Source: Flavobacteriales bacterium
Lineage (GTDB): Bacteria > Bacteroidota > Bacteroidia > Flavobacteriales_C > GCA-002722245
Length of the DNA: 64,000 nucleotides
NCBI GenBank assembly: GCA_049430665.1
Contig: JBMTCG010000003.1
Coordinates: forward strand, 28,022 to 92,021
Reading direction: 5' to 3'
Part shown: in pieces, positions 58,651 to 64,000 of the stretch
Layout of the letters: each line of letters starts with the position of its first letter
Position numbering within the stretch: position 1 is the stretch's first letter
The notes under the pieces: model-generated
Database searches by the model: none
Told to the model about the DNA's origin: nothing
The model's input: only the letters and a program-made list of their open reading frames with translations
Program-made: the position numbers and the translations under genes

Positions 58651-59301
58651 TTGGAACTGCTTAAAAAATATTTCCCCGATTTAACTCCTAAACAAGTTCA
58701 ACAATTTGAACAATGTCTTCCACTTTACACTTTGTGGAATGAACAAATCAATGTTATTTCGAGAAAAGATATTGAGCATTTGTACGAACGTCACATCTTA
58801 CATTCTTTAGCAATTGCTAAAGTAATTCAGTTTAAAAAAGGTACAAAAATTATGGATGTAGGCACTGGTGGAGGTTTTCCAGGTATACCACTAGCTATAC
58901 TTTTTCCAGAAGCTGACTTCTTGTTGGTGGATTCAATTGGTAAGAAAATAAAAGTGGTTAAAGAAGTTTCTGTCGCCATAGGTTTAAAGAATTTAAGAGC
59001 AATGCACATCCGCGCCGAAGAAGTAGATGAGAAGTTTGATTTTGTTGTGAGTCGTGCAGTTACTACACTTCCCGATTTTATGGCGTGGGTGCAAAATAAA
59101 TACTTAATAAAGAGTTTTAATGATATGCCAAACGGACTCCTTTATCTAAAAGGAGGCAACCTGGATGAAGAAATTTCATCTGTGGTAAATAAAACAAAGC
59201 TTTTCAATATCAGCGATTTCTTTAGCGAAGAGTTCTTCGACACAAAGAAAGTTGTGTATGTGAAAAGATTTGGAGTATTTTTCTACTCTAATTACATTTA
59301 A
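58651..59301 (+). CDS. rsmG: 16S rRNA (guanine527-N7)-methyltransferase
   Basis: 216 aa. SAM-binding DVGTGGGFPGIPLAI, and the conserved RsmG N-terminus ...LYTLWNEQINVIS. Confidence 0.8.
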   Translation: MELLKKYFPDLTPKQVQQFEQCLPLYTLWNEQINVISRKDIEHLYERHILHSLAIAKVIQFKKGTKIMDVGTGGGFPGIPLAILFPEADFLLVDSIGKKIKVVKEVSVAIGLKNLRAMHIRAEEVDEKFDFVVSRAVTTLPDFMAWVQNKYLIKSFNDMPNGLLYLKGGNLDEEISSVVNKTKLFNISDFFSEEFFDTKKVVYVKRFGVFFYSNYI

Positions 59302-59337
59302 GTTTTTAAACGAGCATTTTTTTCAGACCCCTAGCAC

Positions 59338-60753
59338 ATGAAAGTAGCAGTTATTGGTGCCGGACCCGCAGGTATGACCGCTGGGTACGAGTTGTCAAAA
59401 AAAATAAAACAAGTTGAAGTTTTTGAGGCGAGTTCTTCGGTAGGTGGAATGGCTAAAACCATTGAGCTTTGGAACCAAAAAGTAGATATCGGTCCACACC
59501 GATTTTTTTCCTCCGACAATAGAATCAATGAATTGTGGCTTGAAGTGGTAGGTAAAGACTACGAAATGGTGGATCGCTTAACGCGCATTTATTACAACAA
59601 AAAGTTTTTTCATTACCCTATCAAAGGAATGGATGCACTTAAGAATTTAGGAATCATTGAGGCAACGCGCTGTATGGCGCATTATGGCATTGAAAAGATC
59701 AATCCAACAAAAGATATTTCTTCTTTTGAAGGGTGGGTGACCAATCGTTTTGGTAAACGTTTGTATCAAATTTTCTTTAAAACCTACACCGAGAAGTTGT
59801 GGGGTATTCCTTGTACCGAATTGGATGCCGATTTTGCAGCACAAAGAATCAAAAAATTTAGTTTGGGTGAAGCCGTAAAAACTGCATTGTTTGGTAATAA
59901 AGGAGAACACAAAACTTTAGTAGATCAGTTTGCATATCCGCACGGAGGCACAGGTATGGTGTATGAAAGAATGGCTTCTTTTGTGAAGAAGCAAGGAGGA
60001 GAGGTTAATTTGAGTACACCTGTTCATCGCATCATCACCAAAAACAATAAAATAAAAGCTTTAGAATTTGAAGATGGTACTGTAAAAGACTACGATTATG
60101 TGGTGTCATCTATGCCTCTTACTTTAATGGTAGATCGTTTGCCAGAAGTACCCGATAAGGTGAAAGAAGCTGCGGCGAGTTTGAAATTTAGAAATACCAT
60201 CATCGTTTATTTGAATGTAAATCAAAAAGATTTGTTTCCCGACAATTGGTTGTACATCCATTCAGATAAATTGAAAATGGGACGCTTAACTAACTTTAGA
60301 AATTGGGTTCCACAATTGTATGGAAATGAAAATAGTACTATTTGCGCTTTAGAGTATTGGTGCTACAATGAAGATGATTTTTGGAAATGGGATGACAATA
60401 AATTGATTGAATTGGCGAAAGAAGAATTGCTCGAAACAGGCTTGATTGGCGATGCTCAAATTACTGCAGGTTCGGTATATAAAATTCCACGATGTTATCC
60501 AGTGTATTCATCGGGTTATCAAAGTAAATTGAAGATAGTAGAAGATTATTTATCTACCATTGAAAATCTTCATGTAATTGGCAGATATGGTGCTTTTAAA
60601 TACAACAATCAAGATCATAGTATTTTAATGGGGATGTTGGCTGCCGAAAATATTTTAGAGAATACGAAACACAATTTGTGGGAAATCAATACCGATTACG
60701 AGAGTTATCAAGAGTCGTCGGTAATTACCAAAACGGGTTTGCAAAAGAAATAA
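59338..60753 (+). CDS. NAD(P)/FAD-dependent oxidoreductase (Rossmann GxGxxG; amine-oxidase / UDP-galactopyranose-mutase-like)
   Basis: 471 aa. N-terminal dinucleotide-binding MKVAVIGAGPAGMTAGYEL, and a GGMAKT...GPHRFF block resembling flavin-dependent mutase/oxidase folds. Confidence 0.65.
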   Translation: MKVAVIGAGPAGMTAGYELSKKIKQVEVFEASSSVGGMAKTIELWNQKVDIGPHRFFSSDNRINELWLEVVGKDYEMVDRLTRIYYNKKFFHYPIKGMDALKNLGIIEATRCMAHYGIEKINPTKDISSFEGWVTNRFGKRLYQIFFKTYTEKLWGIPCTELDADFAAQRIKKFSLGEAVKTALFGNKGEHKTLVDQFAYPHGGTGMVYERMASFVKKQGGEVNLSTPVHRIITKNNKIKALEFEDGTVKDYDYVVSSMPLTLMVDRLPEVPDKVKEAAASLKFRNTIIVYLNVNQKDLFPDNWLYIHSDKLKMGRLTNFRNWVPQLYGNENSTICALEYWCYNEDDFWKWDDNKLIELAKEELLETGLIGDAQITAGSVYKIPRCYPVYSSGYQSKLKIVEDYLSTIENLHVIGRYGAFKYNNQDHSILMGMLAAENILENTKHNLWEINTDYESYQESSVITKTGLQKK

Positions 60754-62331
60754 ATGACTGCGAGAAAACTCTATATTTCAGTTCTAATTAGTCTGTTTCT
60801 CCTTTCGGTTATTGTGCGCTTAGATAATCTTACGCAGCACATGGGAAAACATCATGAGTTCATTACGGGACATGTTTTAACAGCTAACACAAATTTTGAG
60901 AACGACGGATTGTTTGCCTTGCATTTTTCACCTGCATATACTTTTAATAATAAAGCAGATAGATTAGTTCCTAAGTATTTTATTCATGATGATAATAATG
61001 TGCAGTACTATGTGTCTTATCCACCATTTAGTTTTTTAGCAGCTTATTTTTGGCAAATTCCTTTTGGAGGTCCGTCGGTTGCTGCCATTAGGTTGTTTTC
61101 CTTATGTATACATTTTTGTTGTGCCTTACTTGTCATTTCACTTTTGAATGCACTTTTCAAAAAGAAATTAAGTGATGGGTTTTACTTGCCATCGCTTGTT
61201 GGTTATATTGTCTATTTGTTTGCACCCGGAAATTTATGGTTTCATTCGAATGTTTATTTTGCCGATACCTTAGTGCAGCTTTTTGTGTTATCAGCATTTT
61301 ATGTTTTGGTTAAGTTTTCTAAAGGTGAATATTCCACAAAGAAATCATTAATACTTTTTTTTGTAATCTTTTTTCTTGGCGTTTATACCGAATGGCTCAT
61401 GTTTTTTCTTTCCATTGCTTTTGGTGTTTTCATGTTGCTTAAGGCGAGAAAAGACAAAAGCTATTGGAAACCGCTTCTGGCTCTTTCATCGGGTGTTGTT
61501 TTGTCGCTAGCGCTCACCTTTTTTCAATACAGTTCTATTGCTGGAATAGATAAATTGTTGGAGGAGGAAACTTCAAAAATTGAACAGCGCAGTGGAATGG
61601 TTAAGGACGCTGCAGAATACAATAGAAGTTATTATGAATTCGATTCATTTTTGAGTATTGATGAGCATTATAGTTTAAACTACGGTTGGGTAAGACTCAT
61701 GTTTGTGCTTTGTTTGTTTTTCTTGTTTCTCTTATTACTCAATCGAAAAAAGAGAGCAGATATTTTTGCGAGAAACATGCTTTTAGGTGAAGTGCTATTG
61801 TTGTTGGTTCTGGGTATTTTAATGCATCATTTTATATTTTTCAATTTCACGTCAGTTCATGATTTTTCAACTTTGAAATCGAGTACTTTATTCTCCATTT
61901 TTATTGCTTTTTCATATCATGAGTTAATGATTTTTATTACCGATCGTAAACCTCAGTTTGTTGAAAGTGCAAAAAAAATACTTGCTGCTTTGTTGTTCAT
62001 TCTTTCTTGCTTGTCTGTTCAAGAGTATTATTCGGTAAATAGTAATGAAAATAGGAACGTTGATCAGTTCAACTTAGGGGAAATTATCAAGCAAAAGGTG
62101 AAGGAAGATGAGCTGGTGGCTACTGTTTTTTATGTATCTCCCGAGATGATGTTTTATAGTAAACGAAATGTTAAAAGTTTTCCTTCCTTAGAAGAATTTT
62201 CATCGTATGTTAATTCTATTCATTTCGATAAATTGGTTTTCATTGGAAAGAAAGACGACAATACCTACCTATTTACAAGAATGAAAAATGGTGCAGTGGT
62301 GGAAGAAAGAGAAATTCCTATGAAGCGTTAA
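60754..62331 (+). CDS. polytopic membrane protein, GT-C-like (ArnT/PMT-family-like) putative glycosyltransferase
   Basis: 525 aa, ~11 TM helices. Loop after TM1 has a DD/HDD cluster (FIHDDNNVQYY). Abuts the oxidoreductase with a 0-nt gap. Confidence 0.45.
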   Translation: MTARKLYISVLISLFLLSVIVRLDNLTQHMGKHHEFITGHVLTANTNFENDGLFALHFSPAYTFNNKADRLVPKYFIHDDNNVQYYVSYPPFSFLAAYFWQIPFGGPSVAAIRLFSLCIHFCCALLVISLLNALFKKKLSDGFYLPSLVGYIVYLFAPGNLWFHSNVYFADTLVQLFVLSAFYVLVKFSKGEYSTKKSLILFFVIFFLGVYTEWLMFFLSIAFGVFMLLKARKDKSYWKPLLALSSGVVLSLALTFFQYSSIAGIDKLLEEETSKIEQRSGMVKDAAEYNRSYYEFDSFLSIDEHYSLNYGWVRLMFVLCLFFLFLLLLNRKKRADIFARNMLLGEVLLLLVLGILMHHFIFFNFTSVHDFSTLKSSTLFSIFIAFSYHELMIFITDRKPQFVESAKKILAALLFILSCLSVQEYYSVNSNENRNVDQFNLGEIIKQKVKEDELVATVFYVSPEMMFYSKRNVKSFPSLEEFSSYVNSIHFDKLVFIGKKDDNTYLFTRMKNGAVVEEREIPMKR

Positions 62332-64000
62332 TTGTTGTTGCTGAATTGCAGTTCGCTCAACTTTTTGTAAACTCCGTTTTCTTTTCCTGAAAGTTCATGA
62401 TGTGTACCTTTTTCAACAATCTCACCATTTTGTAAAACCAAAATCTGATTGGCATTTTTGATGGTGGATAGTCGGTGCGCAATAACGACCGATGTTCTGT
62501 TTTGCATCAAATTGTCTAAAGCCTCTTGCACCAGTTGTTCAGATTCTGAATCTAATGCGCTTGTTGCCTCATCTAAAATCAAAATTGATGGATTTTTCAA
62601 TACTGCACGTGCAATGGCGATGCGCTGTTTTTGTCCGCCCGATAGTTGAATTCCTCTGTCGCCCACCAAAGTTTGGTATCCTTCAGGAAAGCCATTTACA
62701 AAATTATGCGCATTGGCTTTTTTAGCTGCTTCAATTACTTCTTCTTTACCAGCAGATGGTTTGCCATAGCGAATGTTTTCTTCAATCGTACCGCCAAACA
62801 AAATCACCTCTTGAGGTACATATGCAATGTTACTTCTCAATTCGCTGAGGTTGTATGAGTTTTTTTCTTTTCCATCGAAAAGTATGGTGCCTTCTGTGGT
62901 TTCATAAAATCCCAATAGTAAAGAAGCCAAAGTTGATTTTCCCGAACCAGATGAACCCACCAAAGCAACAGTTTCACCTTGATTAATACGCAAGTTTACT
63001 TTGTTTAATACCTGCACATTCTTTCTTGTTTCGTAATAGAAAGAAACGTCTTTCATTTCAATATCTCCCTTTAAGGGATCTTGTGAATTTGTAGAGTGAG
63101 AGGTGTTTACAGGTTCGAGCGTTTCTTGCATTAAATTCATTAGGTTTTCGGTCGCACCTAATGATTTTTGAATTTTAGAGTAGAGGTCGGGAATTGAGCC
63201 TATTGAAGTACCCAACATAACCGTTAAAAATAAAAATTGAAAGAAATGAGCTTGTTCTAAATCTCCCGATTTCACTTGTTCAATACCTTGCCACATAATG
63301 AAAACGATAGCCCCAAACATAACAACCATGATGAAGGCGATGAACAATCCGCGCCACAATGCCGATTTCATCGACAGTTTCTTAATGTCATCAACAGTTT
63401 TTTTGTAATTGTTAATTTCAAAAAATTCATTGGTGTAGGCTTTCAAGTTTTTGATTCCCATTAGGGCTTCTTCCACTACTGAGTTCGATTTAGCAGCTTC
63501 ATCTTGGGCAGCACGAGATAGTTTTTTGATGTATTTGCCAAATATCATTGCTACGATAGCCACCACTGGAATTACAGAAAGCATGATTAAGGCCAATTTG
63601 GTGCTGTAAATGAAGATGATCACCACACTAAACGAAACTACAATCAACTGACGAATAAATTCGGCGATACTAGTGGTCAATGTTTCTTCAATCATATTCG
63701 TGTCGGTAGCAATACGTGAAGTTAATTCACCCACTTTGTTTTTATCGAAGAAAGAAATTGGAGAGCTCACCAAATGTGTAAATGCTGCCAAACGTAAATC
63801 GCGAAGAGTGCCTTGTGTTACCCAACTAAACAAATACACTCTAAAGAAAGAGAAAATAGCCAATGCAGGCATCAATATCGCTAGGGTAATCAACACCCCA
63901 TAAACAGTATCTGTAGCACCCAGTTCAAATTCAAAAGGAACATTGCTGGCATAGTCGCTTCCCAGTAGCTTAGCGATGAGCATAGGCATAGCAACCGAAA
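62328..64000 (-). CDS. ABC transporter ATP-binding/permease fusion (MsbA-like exporter), N-terminus beyond window end
   Basis: 6-TM domain followed by an NBD with Walker A GSSGSGKST, signature LSGGQKQRIAIARA and Walker B ILILDEATSALD. The ORF is open to the window edge. Confidence 0.85.
   Translation of the reverse strand, partial: SVAMPMLIAKLLGSDYASNVPFEFELGATDTVYGVLITLAILMPALAIFSFFRVYLFSWVTQGTLRDLRLAAFTHLVSSPISFFDKNKVGELTSRIATDTNMIEETLTTSIAEFIRQLIVVSFSVVIIFIYSTKLALIMLSVIPVVAIVAMIFGKYIKKLSRAAQDEAAKSNSVVEEALMGIKNLKAYTNEFFEINNYKKTVDDIKKLSMKSALWRGLFIAFIMVVMFGAIVFIMWQGIEQVKSGDLEQAHFFQFLFLTVMLGTSIGSIPDLYSKIQKSLGATENLMNLMQETLEPVNTSHSTNSQDPLKGDIEMKDVSFYYETRKNVQVLNKVNLRINQGETVALVGSSGSGKSTLASLLLGFYETTEGTILFDGKEKNSYNLSELRSNIAYVPQEVILFGGTIEENIRYGKPSAGKEEVIEAAKKANAHNFVNGFPEGYQTLVGDRGIQLSGGQKQRIAIARAVLKNPSILILDEATSALDSESEQLVQEALDNLMQNRTSVVIAHRLSTIKNANQILVLQNGEIVEKGTHHELSGKENGVYKKLSELQFSNNN

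Noticed and set aside
1-64000. Searched for tRNA/rRNA genes, CRISPR repeats, transposase/integrase genes and long direct repeats marking mobile elements
   Set aside because: No intergenic region shows cloverleaf-compatible tRNA sequence, no regularly spaced short repeats, and no ORF has recombinase/transposase motifs. The window appears to be core chromosome.

Overview
The window is AT-rich (roughly mid-30s % GC by eye), densely coding, and looks like the chromosome of a Bacteroidota organism, probably a Flavobacteriia/Cryomorphaceae-like lineage. The evidence for that placement: two different type IX secretion (T9SS) C-terminal sorting domains on large secreted proteins (type B on a ~1470-aa multi-PKD protein, type A on a GH18 chitinase); a TamB-like giant; a DUF5683 gene next to parAB; and Bacteroidetes-style GlmM, short MenE and LptF/G-tgt synteny. 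Most of the window is housekeeping: glmM, a NifS-like desulfurase, a porin-pstSCAB phosphate uptake operon, xseAB, ispH, pyrD, parAB, rplS, relA/spoT, mgsA, tgt and rsmG. I see no tRNA/rRNA genes, CRISPR arrays, transposases or integrases.

The candidates for novelty, in order:
- A 1869-aa secreted protein (38513..44122) that is almost entirely an E/K/A/R/Q-rich predicted single-alpha-helix or coiled-coil rod, with a signal peptide and a small globular C-terminal domain.
- A two-gene cassette on the minus strand: a stand-alone E2-like (CAT-fold) acyltransferase followed by a cytochrome P450.
- A two-component locus with a clear 1-nt homopolymer frameshift in a CheY-like regulator, and a probable second frameshift at the N-terminus of the adjacent hybrid histidine kinase.
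- A pair of palindromic sites plus a bidirectional terminator between convergent genes.
- A type-B T9SS cargo with no adjacent PorP/SprF partner.

Coordinates of coding features follow the supplied ORF track; a few starts were adjusted and the reasons are given per feature.
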